Part shown: positions 34,701 through 42,798 of the stretch, piece after piece | How positions within the stretch are numbered: position 1 is the stretch's first letter | Layout: each line of letters begins with the position of its first letter | Translations under genes and position numbers: made by a program | The notes under the pieces: generated by a model | Databases searched by the model: none | Told to the model about the DNA's origin: nothing | Seen by the model: only the letters and a program-made list of their open reading frames with translations | DNA from: a virus | Taxonomy: Duplodnaviria; Caudoviricetes | Length of the DNA: 64,000 bases | Strand: one strand, 5' to 3' | IMG/VR virus record: IMGVR_UViG_3300015607_001184 | Coordinates: 4,082-68,081 of that record

Positions 34701-34903
34701 CTCGCGCGGGACTTGCCACAGTCGACGATCTTGTTGCGCAAGGCATGATGGACCCTCAGTTTGGCGCCATGCTTCTGCGTAAAGTTCCGCTAGAATTCAA
34801 ATCCGTTGCGCACATGAAAATGTTCGCAAATAGCTTTGAGCGAACTCTTCTTGCTTCAATGAACTCTGCCAACGCACCCCGGGGCGAAGACGATGGCCAG
34901 TAG
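31787..34903 (+). CDS. Large helical DNA ejection protein (P22 gp16-like position)
   Basis: DPFVKY/DPFAKY N-terminal repeats, Gly/Ala-rich segment, long helical body; GTG start coupled to previous stop. Confidence 0.65.
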   Translation: MEDDPFVKYTRPGWNTEGQPPDIPEGGEDPFAKYVPGYRKPSQTSRTKDFVRQLGVGAVRGVEMGAGAVGSAQHSWDQGWGGMINRGVARAGAGAYKLFGGDPKKADEFVADIDKLNPIGEEEGDSYNGMPTASGMLKAGEAVHGALPEPETDDGKYGRTIGEFVPFATNPAGAFKQGVRKGIWRAATDLTVGAAVPGAVSEAAGQATEGTPFESAARFGAGLLGGAGAAGVRGVAGAAREARVAQRQLNNSEGQMQLAGQRIADAANAETAAKRARLADQLETEPVGAPGVHETTAQRIGTNSGLYDLEERMRGTDAGRRPFAALAESNNQRLTNALEGMEGQTSAGEVSQQLRALRDDMARRADQAVEAERARARASSAAIPDEPAQTVGQGIRATAQDWQDRVRRYVSGLYGIAEKHGVNAVDHGPLLNKVDEVYRPDLFKEFTAPEVKLAEEIRSSAGQMPTLKQLDSLAGRISREMREANKTGDRQVYGRLTQVRSAIEQSIDDTIAARIARENSMVAAGRMMQEDTLGRAIGRYHADSDLIHVDARAAGVGGPPSGPSGYASTRIPRDPALQDQNRPEPGTGGRRSPAGLLRDLRGRDVSGSGERSLGVGARALRRARGAARMQHEVFDQGPLDDILAPGRGVRGSYGTPESDVPGKVWIAGRRGGETIQQFLRGQQAARRPADQALQQVSQAAALSLRNTRGAFRPDGTLDPAVYKAWAERHKEALNAHPQLKQVLGSVQRASETLDATAKTGAQKIANFEKGAVADLIGLRDSSSVTKVVGSIMRSPDPVQNMRELAQRVGRNPDGSRNETALRGLRRAIVEDMMGKIQNKTDMGVTGGQKLSFGQMRSYLKQNRAAMATVFPSEQIRQMDRILAQMGRLERSRTATVSVQGGPGTAEKILAQGHKMASTSPSFLDVLFSSQAMGETAGAVAGSAVGAPGVGAMVGRHIGSGYALAKFLLGKSARAGLATVDDLVAQGMMDPQFGAMLLRKVPLEFKSVAHMKMFANSFERTLLASMNSANAPRGEDDGQ
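33384..33626 (+). CDS. Overprinted ~80-aa protein in +1 frame inside the 31787-34903 gene
   Basis: AGAGGA 5 nt before TTG; strongly GC-ending codons in this frame; globular-looking sequence while the host frame is G/P/R linker. Confidence 0.55.
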   Translation: MVGLLGDIMLIPTSSMSTQEQLVWGDRLLDHLDTLRPGFREILLYKIRTDPNPEPVAVAALRGYYEIFGDGMYLDLANDP

Positions 34904-35804
34904 CTACACTACCAACAAAAACATCGAGAAGCCCGCTTCCGGCGACTACCCCGGAGCTTGGGCTGCTCCGATCAATGCTAACTGGGACCTGATCGACAGC
35001 GCTCTCGGGGCGACGCTTTCTTTGGCGCTGACCAACGTCAACGTGACGCTGTCGCGCGTTCAGGCCGGAAACCTGATCATCAAGCTGACCGGCACCCTGA
35101 CCGGGAACGTCCAGATCACTTTCCCGGCCTATGGCGGCTTCTGGGTGGTTTCGAACGAGACGACCGGGTCGTTCACCGTGACCATCGCCTGCGCTGGCGG
35201 CGGCACGACGATCACGGCAGCCCAGTCGGCGCGCACCATCGTCATGACGGACGGCACCAATGCGCGCATCGCGGATGACCGCGTCGTGCCCTCCACCGTG
35301 GCCGGGCCTCCCACGGGCGAGATCTCCATGTATGGCGGTTCGACGGCCCCCACCGGCTGGCTGGAATGCGACGGGGCGGCCATCTCGCGCACCACCTACG
35401 CCGCGCTCTTCACGGCGATCAGCACCAACTATGGCGTCGGAAACGGCTCGACCACGTTCAATGTCCCCGACTTCCGTGGCTACTTCGCGCGCGGCTGGGA
35501 CCATGGGCGCGGCATCGACACGGGCCGCGCGCTCGGCACGACACAGACCGGAAACGTCGGCACCCACACGCATTCCGGCACCACGGCGTCGAACGGCGAC
35601 CACACCCATAACGTGACGAATGCCGCTTGCGGCCTTGGCGGTGGCGCCTACAGCAACAGGCCCTCGTCGTTCGCCTCCACGGGGCCGACGCCGGGCACCG
35701 ACACGGCTGGCGCCCATACCCACACCTTCACAACCGACAACGGCACGCAGACAGGCGAGACGCGGCCGGTGAACCTGTCTGTGATGTTCATCATCAAGAC
35801 CTAA
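34893..35804 (+). CDS. Tail fibre protein with tail-collar domain
   Basis: PTGEISMYGG..APTGWLECDG..ISRTTYAALF..I...YG.GNGSTTFNVPDFRG.F.RG; HTH repeats; ETRPVN. Confidence 0.9.
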   Translation: MASSYTTNKNIEKPASGDYPGAWAAPINANWDLIDSALGATLSLALTNVNVTLSRVQAGNLIIKLTGTLTGNVQITFPAYGGFWVVSNETTGSFTVTIACAGGGTTITAAQSARTIVMTDGTNARIADDRVVPSTVAGPPTGEISMYGGSTAPTGWLECDGAAISRTTYAALFTAISTNYGVGNGSTTFNVPDFRGYFARGWDHGRGIDTGRALGTTQTGNVGTHTHSGTTASNGDHTHNVTNAACGLGGGAYSNRPSSFASTGPTPGTDTAGAHTHTFTTDNGTQTGETRPVNLSVMFIIKT

Positions 35805-35815
35805 CGGAGGGAACC

Positions 35816-36025
35816 ATGAGGCTGCTCGGCATGGCCCTGATCGCCACGGGCCTCCTCATCTGCGCGGCAGCCTGCATGCCAGCTCTCCGGAACGGAAACG
35901 GCCTGATCGGGAACAAGCAGTCTCGCCCGGCCTGCCATATCGAAACCGACTACGGCATCAAGTTTTTCGACATGGAGGATCCGCAATGCTCTCGCTCCTC
36001 GCGATCCCGGTCTGCGCGGCCCTGA
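35816..36025 (+). CDS. Small secreted/lipoprotein-like protein
   Basis: GGAGG RBS; hydrophobic N-terminus ending in AAAC. Confidence 0.4.
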   Translation: MRLLGMALIATGLLICAAACMPALRNGNGLIGNKQSRPACHIETDYGIKFFDMEDPQCSRSSRSRSARP

Positions 36026-36504
36026 ATCGGTTTCGGGGCGGTGGCCTCGGCGCTTCCGAGCTGCCGGGCCATCCGCGTTTCTATGTCTGGCCATTCGTCG
36101 GCCTCGTCGCCGCTCTGGTTCAGGAAAGCTGGTGGGGCTTCCTGTTCGGGGGCGCCTATCTGGCGTGGTCTTTCCTGCCGTGGGGTCACTTCATCGGCAT
36201 GGGCCGCTTCGTGCCGAACAGGCCGTGGACCAAGCTGGAGGAGACGGTCGACCGGATTGCGGATGGCGACCCGCGCCTCGCGCTGGGCCTGCTCTACGTC
36301 GCGGCGCCCGTGGCGCTGTTCCCGTGGGTCTACATGACCGACGCCTATCTCGCGGGCCTGATGTCGCTTCTCTTCCCGATCCTCGCCCCGCGGGCCTACG
36401 AGGCGTCGTGGGGCATGTCTCCCAAAGGTGAGGAGATCCGCAACGCCGAAATCGCCGTAGGCGTCTGGTGGGGTGTTCTGGCGTTTGCAGGGGGCATTGC
36501 GTGA
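35986..36504 (+). CDS. Multi-pass membrane protein in lysis region
   Basis: Several hydrophobic segments; GGAGGA upstream; directly upstream of endolysin. Confidence 0.6.
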   Translation: MLSLLAIPVCAALNRFRGGGLGASELPGHPRFYVWPFVGLVAALVQESWWGFLFGGAYLAWSFLPWGHFIGMGRFVPNRPWTKLEETVDRIADGDPRLALGLLYVAAPVALFPWVYMTDAYLAGLMSLLFPILAPRAYEASWGMSPKGEEIRNAEIAVGVWWGVLAFAGGIA

Positions 36505-37628
36505 CGACCACCGCGCAGGTTCTGCGGGCCGTCTGCCCGAACGGACGCCCGGATCTCATGGACGGTTTTGCGCAGGAGCTTGACCGCTCCGGCGAGGCGC
36601 ACGGACTTGGCGTCGACCATGCGCTGCGCCGGGCGCACTTCATTGCCCAGTGCGCGCATGAGTCGGATGGGTTCCGCACCTTTCAGGAGTACGCCTCCGG
36701 AAAAGCCTATGAGGGGCGCAAGGATCTCGGCAATACCAAGCGCGGCGATGGCCCGCTGTTCAAAGGGCGCGGCCCGATTCAGATCACCGGACGCGCCAAT
36801 TACCAGAGGTTCGGCTCCCTGATCGGCGTCGATCTCATCCGCGACCCATCAGCGGCGGCGCGCCCGGATGTGGGCACCAAGCTGGCGCTGGCCTATTGGG
36901 ATGATCGCAATCTCTCCGCCTACGCTGACCGCGATGATGTGCGAGCCGTCACCAAGCGCATCAACGGGGGCTACAACGGCATCGAGCAGCGCCGGGCCTA
37001 CCTTGCCCGGGCCAAGGCCGCCTTGGGGCTGCAGGACCCTCCCGTGGCCGCTGCGCAGCCTGTCGGGCTTCTCTCGACGGGGATCGCCGAACCGCCAGCG
37101 CAGGGCAAGGTCAAGGTGGTGCAGGAGCGCCTCGACGCTCTCGGCTATCACATGGTCGGGACCCCCGACGGCCAAATCGGGCCGCGCACCGTCGCCGCCC
37201 TCTCCGCTTTTCAAGCCGAGAACGACCTGCCCGTCACCGGCGCCCTCGATATGACCACGGAGGAAGCGCTCTGGAGCGCCGACCCCCACCTCGTGCCAGA
37301 CGAGCGTGCCAACGGAAAGCCGGGCGATTCCCAGATCCTCAAGACCGCGACAAAGCTTCGTAATGGCGCGGCGGTCGGCGGCGTCGGCGGTGGCGCCCTG
37401 CTGCAGGTCATCCCAGACAGTCCGGATGCTGTCCTCGACAAGGCTGAGCAGGCGCATTCCTACTTCGCCCGGGTACAGGCCCTCCTGTCTCCCCTCTCGT
37501 GGGTTCGCGACTTTGTCATGGAGCACCCCGGTCTTGTCCTGATGGCCGGGAGCGCCGTCGTCGTCGGGCTCGCTCATGTCATCTACTCCCGCAGGCTGGA
37601 AGACTACCGGACTGGGAGGGTGCCTTGA
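36501..37628 (+). CDS. Endolysin: GH19 chitinase/lysozyme-like domain, peptidoglycan-binding domain, C-terminal membrane anchor
   Basis: RRAHFIAQCAHES, YEGRKDLGN..GDG..FKGRGPIQITGRANY, TKRINGG.NG..QR; VQERL..LGY...DG.IGPRT.AAL..FQ. Confidence 0.92.
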   Translation: MTTTAQVLRAVCPNGRPDLMDGFAQELDRSGEAHGLGVDHALRRAHFIAQCAHESDGFRTFQEYASGKAYEGRKDLGNTKRGDGPLFKGRGPIQITGRANYQRFGSLIGVDLIRDPSAAARPDVGTKLALAYWDDRNLSAYADRDDVRAVTKRINGGYNGIEQRRAYLARAKAALGLQDPPVAAAQPVGLLSTGIAEPPAQGKVKVVQERLDALGYHMVGTPDGQIGPRTVAALSAFQAENDLPVTGALDMTTEEALWSADPHLVPDERANGKPGDSQILKTATKLRNGAAVGGVGGGALLQVIPDSPDAVLDKAEQAHSYFARVQALLSPLSWVRDFVMEHPGLVLMAGSAVVVGLAHVIYSRRLEDYRTGRVP

Positions 37629-38074
37629 TCACCGCCGCTCTGTCGTTTCTGCAGGTCGGGTGGTCCATTTTGACCTCGCGAATCGGATTGGCTGCATGCA
37701 CTTTCGCCGTCGGCTACGGCCTGTGCTGGTGGCAGACGATTGACGACGCCGCGCTGCGCGCCGCCAAGGGACGGGCCGAAGCGCTGCAGCGCGATCTCGA
37801 TGCCGCCAGACTGGCGGCCAAGTACGACGAGGTGATCCTCACAGAGCAGCGCGAGCGCGCGACGAAGGACAGGAAGCTGATCGATGACTATGCAGCAGAA
37901 CTCGCCAAGCGCGAGATCGTTCCTGAGCCCGTCACGCCAGAGCCGCCCCCGGCGCCGACGCCCGCCGTCGCCGAGCCGACCCCTCCCCTGCGGATCCCGG
38001 CGCTCCCCCGCCGCCCCGATCCTTGCCGCCTTACTGACCATGACCTTGGGCGCCTGCGCCCCATCGGCCAGTAA
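37625..38074 (+). CDS. Rz-like inner spanin
   Basis: N-terminal TM, coiled coil, C-terminal C.L motif; follows endolysin. Confidence 0.7.
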   Translation: MITAALSFLQVGWSILTSRIGLAACTFAVGYGLCWWQTIDDAALRAAKGRAEALQRDLDAARLAAKYDEVILTEQRERATKDRKLIDDYAAELAKREIVPEPVTPEPPPAPTPAVAEPTPPLRIPALPRRPDPCRLTDHDLGRLRPIGQ

Positions 38075-38255
38075 GGTTATGCTGCCACCTCTCCCGGCAG
38101 CCGTCTCCGAAGTTCCTGCGCCAGAATTGCGCCGGGGTCAGGACGCCCGCATCGCGCTTGCCGAGTGCCGCTCTGCACTTGCTCAGGCGAATGCGGTCAT
38201 TCGCAGCGTGGACGTGTTCTACGCAGATCTGGTGGCGCGTTATGGCGGGCAATAA
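37884..38255 (+). CDS. Rz1-like outer spanin lipoprotein (true start uncertain, downstream of 37884)
   Basis: Lipobox LGAC, Pro-rich then helical; overlaps 3' end of Rz in another frame. Confidence 0.65.
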   Translation: MTMQQNSPSARSFLSPSRQSRPRRRRPPSPSRPLPCGSRRSPAAPILAALLTMTLGACAPSASKVMLPPLPAAVSEVPAPELRRGQDARIALAECRSALAQANAVIRSVDVFYADLVARYGGQ

Positions 38256-38706
38256 CATGCAGATGCAACAGGAGACGGCGGACCACGTCGCGAAGATTGA
38301 TTCGCGCGTCACGGGGCTGGAGGTCCAGTTCAGGGCCCTCGACGCGAACCTCACAGCGCTAGGAGCCGACACCAAGGCAAACTTCCAGAACCTCTCGGCG
38401 GCCATCAACCAGCTGGGCGCCAAGCTGGAGGGCTCACAGCGCACCAACTGGCCAGTGCTGATCTCCGGGGCGCTCCTGATCGTCTCGATCCTGTCTGCCC
38501 TTGGCGTCACCTTCTGGAGCCCGGTAAAGAGCGAACTGGAGCGTCTCACCGCCGAGACGCGGGTGCTCGCGAAAGAGAAGCTGGATCGCGAGGAGAGCGC
38601 CATGTGGACGCGCTTGCGAGACGAGCAGTTTGCCCGGCGAGACGAACGCGACCGGGACCTGCAAGCGCGCGTGGATAGGCTGGAGCACAAAGCCTATGGG
38701 TTCTAG
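38242..38706 (+). CDS. Coiled-coil plus single TM protein (holin/XhlA-like candidate)
   Basis: RVTGLE coiled coil, TM WPVLISGALLIVSILSALGVTFW. Confidence 0.55.
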   Translation: MAGNNMQMQQETADHVAKIDSRVTGLEVQFRALDANLTALGADTKANFQNLSAAINQLGAKLEGSQRTNWPVLISGALLIVSILSALGVTFWSPVKSELERLTAETRVLAKEKLDREESAMWTRLRDEQFARRDERDRDLQARVDRLEHKAYGF

Positions 38707-38811
38707 ACATCAGCCTCTACGTGTGCCAAGCTTATGCTATCCTCCGGAATGGTTCCGGATGGCGAGTGGCTCCTGCCACTGCATTTGTTGGCCTCAGTTC
38801 CAAGACCGACT

Positions 38812-38837
38812 GGCCGGGCTTCGCGCCCGGCCTTTTT
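38812..38837 (+). terminator. Intrinsic terminator ending the late operon
   Basis: GGCCGGGC-TTCGC-GCCCGGCC-TTTTT at the convergence point. Confidence 0.85.
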
Positions 38838-38839
38838 CG

Positions 38840-39346
38840 TCAGGCCTCGATGGTCAGGCGCGTGATCAGCAGGCTCCGCATGTGCTTCCGCACGGCCGCC
38901 ATGGCATCGGCCAGAGCGAACGCACTTGCGGGGCTGGCCCCATCGAGGGGCGACCCGTCGCCGTCGATGTTCAGGGCGTCTTCCACAATGATCTCGTCCA
39001 TCGCCGCGTCGGCGGCCATGAAATACCCACGCTCTTCGTCTGCCCAGTTGAGCGCATCGCTACAGGCCTTGATCAGCTCCGGCCCGGTGCAGCGGATCCA
39101 AAGGTAGGACAGGCGCCCCTCTCCGCGCCGGATCTGATACACGACGTGCGGATCGAGAATAGTGGCGAGGACCCTCAGGGTCGGCTTCAGCTTGGCGTCT
39201 GAAATGCCTGCGCCCGTGTAGGCATAGCCCTTTTCGATGCGCGTCGGCAGGCGCTTGCGCGTCGCAAACCACTGAACAAGCTTGTAAAGATCCTTGTTCG
39301 TGCGGATGCTCACGGCAAGGGCGTGAACCTTCTTCTGTTCGATCAT
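38840..39346 (-). CDS. Hypothetical protein (moron-like position)
   Basis: 168-aa ORF with AAGGG upstream and own AT-rich upstream gap. Confidence 0.6.
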   Translation of the reverse strand: MIEQKKVHALAVSIRTNKDLYKLVQWFATRKRLPTRIEKGYAYTGAGISDAKLKPTLRVLATILDPHVVYQIRRGEGRLSYLWIRCTGPELIKACSDALNWADEERGYFMAADAAMDEIIVEDALNIDGDGSPLDGASPASAFALADAMAAVRKHMRSLLITRLTIEA

Positions 39347-39489
39347 GTCGCAGCCCTTCTTCTTGGCGGGATAGCCAAGCTATGAAGTGCGGCAAAACCG
39401 AAAGTTCTGCAAGAGGAAAATTCTATATCATTGAATTTCAGATCGGAGAACGCCAAAGAACACGCGCGAACGCCAGCAAACGCGAAAAT

Positions 39490-39771
39490 TCATTGCATTG
39501 TAGCGGCTTGCTTCGCTTCCTTCTGCTCAGACAGCACCAGAGTGACGACATCCTGCAAATTAGCGGCAGCTTCGATCAAGCGCAGCATCTGGCCCATCGT
39601 CGTCAGCGATCCCGGGTCGGCGGTCTTCATGATCTCGGCCCGGATCCCGCGCGCGATGGAGCGATAGTCAAACGGGCGGAAGGCCACATAAGCACCCACC
39701 ACGAGATCGGCGACATGGGCCAGTAGCTCGGCCTCAGTCGGAGGGGGAGGTGTGTCTGCCGGTTCGCTCAC
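39490..39771 (-). CDS. Hypothetical protein
   Basis: GTG start inferred, GAGG upstream; helical. Confidence 0.5.
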   Translation of the reverse strand: MSEPADTPPPPTEAELLAHVADLVVGAYVAFRPFDYRSIARGIRAEIMKTADPGSLTTMGQMLRLIEAAANLQDVVTLVLSEQKEAKQAATMQ

Positions 39772-40159
39772 GGGGCGGCCTCTTCGGGAAGGGGCGGGAC
39801 GGGATCTTTGCCTTGGGACGAGGTTGATAGTCGGCGGGCAGGAAGGCGGGCACGGGCGCCTTTTCCAGAAGGCGGGCACGGAATTCCTGTTCCGTTTTTG
39901 ACAAACGCCTCGACTTCGCGATGGCGTGAATATCGGAGCCAGCTGTGGTAGCGGGCTTCCCCCTCGATTTCTGCGAATGACACTGCTTGTGGACCCCTCT
40001 GATGTTACTGGGGCGGTCCTCGCCGCCAAGGGCGAGCGGCACGGCATGATCGTATTCGATTCCCTCCTTGCCGAGCCGCTCGCCGCACAGCGGGCATACG
40101 GCCTGCGCCAGCAGGATTTCAACCTTTTCCATCAGCGACAATTTTTTGCGCTTGGGCAT
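39734..40159 (-). CDS. HNH endonuclease (CxxC...DH..PL..GG...N..H..CH)
   Basis: VCPLCG, EYDHAVPLALGGEDRPSNIRGVHKQCH. Confidence 0.85.
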   Translation of the reverse strand: MPKRKKLSLMEKVEILLAQAVCPLCGERLGKEGIEYDHAVPLALGGEDRPSNIRGVHKQCHSQKSRGKPATTAGSDIHAIAKSRRLSKTEQEFRARLLEKAPVPAFLPADYQPRPKAKIPSRPFPKRPPRERTGRHTSPSD

Positions 40160-40466
40160 CGGCTCGCTTCCTGTCGTAATGGCGCTGCTGGTTTTGCGAC
40201 CGCGTAGTAGGCTCAAGATGGTCCGGGTTCACGCACAGCGTGTTGCGGCACTTGTGGTCGATCTCCAGACCATCAGGGATCGGCCCTCGGTGCAGCTGCC
40301 ACGAGTACCGGTGTGCGTACTCGTTCCACTCGCGACCGGGCTCGCGAGAGTGGATCGTCGCGTAGCGCAAGTTCCACCGGCCGAGCCAGATCCAGCACCC
40401 GCTATTCGGTTCCGGCTGGTACTGCTTCTGGAACCATTCCGGCAGGCTCTCCTTCCGCTTTCGCAT
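40119..40466 (-). CDS. HNH homing endonuclease (short)
   Basis: SGCWIWLG, AHRYSWQLHRGPIPDGLEIDHKCRNTLCVNPDHLE. Confidence 0.88.
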   Translation of the reverse strand: MRKRKESLPEWFQKQYQPEPNSGCWIWLGRWNLRYATIHSREPGREWNEYAHRYSWQLHRGPIPDGLEIDHKCRNTLCVNPDHLEPTTRSQNQQRHYDRKRADAQAQKIVADGKG

Positions 40467-40779
40467 CCTCAGCCCCCTCGATGGCCGCCAGAATACGGCC
40501 GACAATCTCTTCCAGCCTGTCAATCCGGGTGGCCACCTTCGCCAGACCGACAAAGGTCGCGAGGTCGATGGCTGCCGGGGCGGGGACCTCACTCGCCTTG
40601 GCGCCCTTCACGAGGTCGCCAAATGCCCACGGGTCTTCGCACTCAACCGTGCCGTCGCCGAGGAACTTCAGCGTGATCATCTCGCTCATCCCGGCCCGGC
40701 GAAGCTGGATCACCAGAGGGAAGTGCGGCTGCACGCTGACCGGCTGGCCTGCGCCGTTCAGGAGAGGCGGCTGGCTCAT
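40402..40779 (-). CDS. Hypothetical protein
   Basis: ATG after GGAG; GC-ending codons; overlaps neighbours. Confidence 0.5.
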   Translation of the reverse strand: MSQPPLLNGAGQPVSVQPHFPLVIQLRRAGMSEMITLKFLGDGTVECEDPWAFGDLVKGAKASEVPAPAAIDLATFVGLAKVATRIDRLEEIVGRILAAIEGAEDAKAEGEPAGMVPEAVPAGTE

Positions 40780-41230
40780 TGTCGCTCCACAGGTCCCCGT
40801 ATGACATCCCCAGCATCTGCTCGACGGGGGCGAGCAAATCCCTGCGCCGGACATCCGGCACGATCTCGCTCAGGATAAGCTGCAGCGCGTCGTCAAAAAA
40901 GGCCTTGAACTCGACCTGATCCATTTTCGCGAAGCTGGTGCTGGATACGATGGGGATAACCTCGCCGTCGTGCAGGGTCAGCTTGTCGAAGTAGCCCAAG
41001 CTGTACTTCAGGGCGAGGTGCAGCTGCTCCGCCTTTTGATAGACCGGGTGCCCCTTGCACACATGTGCCAGCAGCGCCCAAAAGAACCGGTGATGCCGGG
41101 GCGACCGGCTCTGGCGCACCAGAACCGTCACCGGCTTCATCGGAGACAGCTGCTCCAGAATTTCAAGGTCATGCGGGGTCATCGGCACCAGACGGGAATA
41201 CTCCCGTCGCATCATCATCTCGTGTGCCAC
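40643..41230 (-). CDS. DUF1367/NinB-like protein
   Basis: RS..HHRFFWALL, LK...GY, STSFAKMDQ.EF..FFD; AGGAGG RBS before GTG. Confidence 0.75.
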   Translation of the reverse strand: MAHEMMMRREYSRLVPMTPHDLEILEQLSPMKPVTVLVRQSRSPRHHRFFWALLAHVCKGHPVYQKAEQLHLALKYSLGYFDKLTLHDGEVIPIVSSTSFAKMDQVEFKAFFDDALQLILSEIVPDVRRRDLLAPVEQMLGMSYGDLWSDNEPAASPERRRPAGQRAAALPSGDPASPGRDERDDHAEVPRRRHG

Positions 41231-41579
41231 GCGCAGTCCTCCTGATGCGGGGCGGCTCGGGATGAGCCTCCCATTGCGAGCATGCCGCAGCATAGTGCGG
41301 GACGCCGTGCTTGGGGCGCTGCCCGGTCATCATCCACGCCTTGTGGCAGCGCCTTGGGTTGATGATCCTGTCGGGGCCATACCCGGTCGACGAATAGGTG
41401 GGGACCCAGTCGCTGAACACTCGGTCCCAGACCCATTTCCTGCCCAAGTAGAGGCAGGATCCGCATGTCGTGCCCGGCGGCCCACGACCTGCAAACGAAG
41501 CCATCCCCTCGTAGGTTCCCGCCGCCATCAGATCGGCGTCGGTGGTCTTCAGATTCGGGTTGGGGCCGAGCGGCTTCAC
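41169..41579 (-). CDS. Cys-rich hypothetical protein
   Basis: G.ASFAG.GPPG.TCGSC, RC.K, ACSQW. Confidence 0.6.
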   Translation of the reverse strand: MKPLGPNPNLKTTDADLMAAGTYEGMASFAGRGPPGTTCGSCLYLGRKWVWDRVFSDWVPTYSSTGYGPDRIINPRRCHKAWMMTGQRPKHGVPHYAAACSQWEAHPEPPRIRRTARGTRDDDATGVFPSGADDPA

Positions 41580-42583
41580 TGGCCACCATCGAGTTCGCGC
41601 GACCGCTCGTTGAAGGCAGTGTCAAACTCTGCCCGCTCGTTCGCCGACCATTCCTCGCGGGGCCCGGCCCACTGGTCGAGCACGGACGACAGCTCGAAAA
41701 TATCCACAGCGCTCTGAATATCGAGCAGGGCCTGTGCATAAGCCTCATTGGGCGCGTCGGTGAAGTCCGCGTCCTCCGGGTCGTCGAGCGGCGGCGGGCC
41801 CTTGGGCTTTGCTGCCTCTGCGTAGGGCGTCGTCGACCGCCCGCTGGTCACCTTCACTGCAGCTCCCCGCGTGTCGGATCCCGTGCGCAGGTCAAGGACG
41901 ACCTCCTCGACTTTCTTGGCCTCGATGGCCGGGGCCGGGTCCTCGATCACCGGCGGGCGCTCGACCACGCGCAGCTGCTCGGCCTGCTCGATGCGCTCGG
42001 CCTCGTCCTCGTCATAGATCCCGGCAAATCCGAAGGCGAGGCGGGCGCACTGGATCCACGCCTTGTGCCGCAGCATGCGCTTCGTGTGGCTCTGCCACGG
42101 CCCAGCGTAGCGGTTCTGGCCGCGCGGCGGCTGGTAGACCTCATCGAGGTACTCGCGCACGACGATGGGCCGCGAGCGGTCCTTGCGGGTGATCGAGCAC
42201 TCGATCCACGCCGGGCACGGCTTGTGCTCGTTCCCCGGGTGAACGGTGATGGCGCTCGCGTAGGAGAACTCGACGCCGTCCATCGCCTTGTGCTCGTTGA
42301 TGATGCGGGCCCAGCCATCGACGCTGACGATGGGGATGATCGCGTCCTTGTCGGCGAAGGCGTAGATCTCTTTCGTCCACGGGTTCAGGCCATGCTGCTC
42401 GGCGACGATGAGCAGGGCCTGCATCTGCTCGTCCGTGATCGGCCTGTTGTCGCGCTGGCGGAACGCCGTGGCCTTCAGGGTCGACAGCAGCCTGTTGGGT
42501 TCGACGCCGTAGCGCTCTGCAAATCGCGCCACGAGCTTCTTGGACTTCTCGGTCGCCACCGGAACGACGCTTTCCTCGGTCAC
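41576..42583 (-). CDS. bet: Bet-family single-strand annealing recombinase
   Basis: LKATAF, GLNPWTKEIYAF, PIVSVDGWARIIN, GPWQSH.KRMLRHKA.IQCARLAFGF.GIYD.DEAERI. Confidence 0.92.
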   Translation of the reverse strand: MTEESVVPVATEKSKKLVARFAERYGVEPNRLLSTLKATAFRQRDNRPITDEQMQALLIVAEQHGLNPWTKEIYAFADKDAIIPIVSVDGWARIINEHKAMDGVEFSYASAITVHPGNEHKPCPAWIECSITRKDRSRPIVVREYLDEVYQPPRGQNRYAGPWQSHTKRMLRHKAWIQCARLAFGFAGIYDEDEAERIEQAEQLRVVERPPVIEDPAPAIEAKKVEEVVLDLRTGSDTRGAAVKVTSGRSTTPYAEAAKPKGPPPLDDPEDADFTDAPNEAYAQALLDIQSAVDIFELSSVLDQWAGPREEWSANERAEFDTAFNERSRELDGGQ

Positions 42584-42798
42584 GGCATGCCCCTTTCGTA
42601 GTGATCCTTGATCCACCTGCGGATCCTGCGCCGGGCGTCCCACGACGACGGCGCTGTTCGAATATGAGGGCGCCGGTTGGGGCGCTGCAGCAGATAGCTG
42701 ACGCGCCCGTGCCCGATGTCCTCGATGATCCCGGCCCGGAAACCGTCCTGCTCGATGCACACCTCCAGCAGGAAGAGGATGCCGTCACGCGGGGGCAT
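42580..42798 (-). CDS. Hypothetical protein
   Basis: Coupled overlaps at both ends. Confidence 0.5.
   Translation of the reverse strand: MPPRDGILFLLEVCIEQDGFRAGIIEDIGHGRVSYLLQRPNRRPHIRTAPSSWDARRRIRRWIKDHYERGMP

Noticed and set aside
55-38700. Many long minus-strand and alternate-frame ORFs in the track (e.g. 1324-2793, 3338-5227, 12037-13728, 29351-31030, 58446-59963)
   Set aside because: Shadow ORFs expected opposite GC-rich genes; no RBS, no motifs, R/G/A/V-rich junk composition.
38707-38837. Possible tRNA or att site in the hairpin-rich gap
   Set aside because: No TTCRA T-loop or cloverleaf and no integrase; kept only as a structured region.
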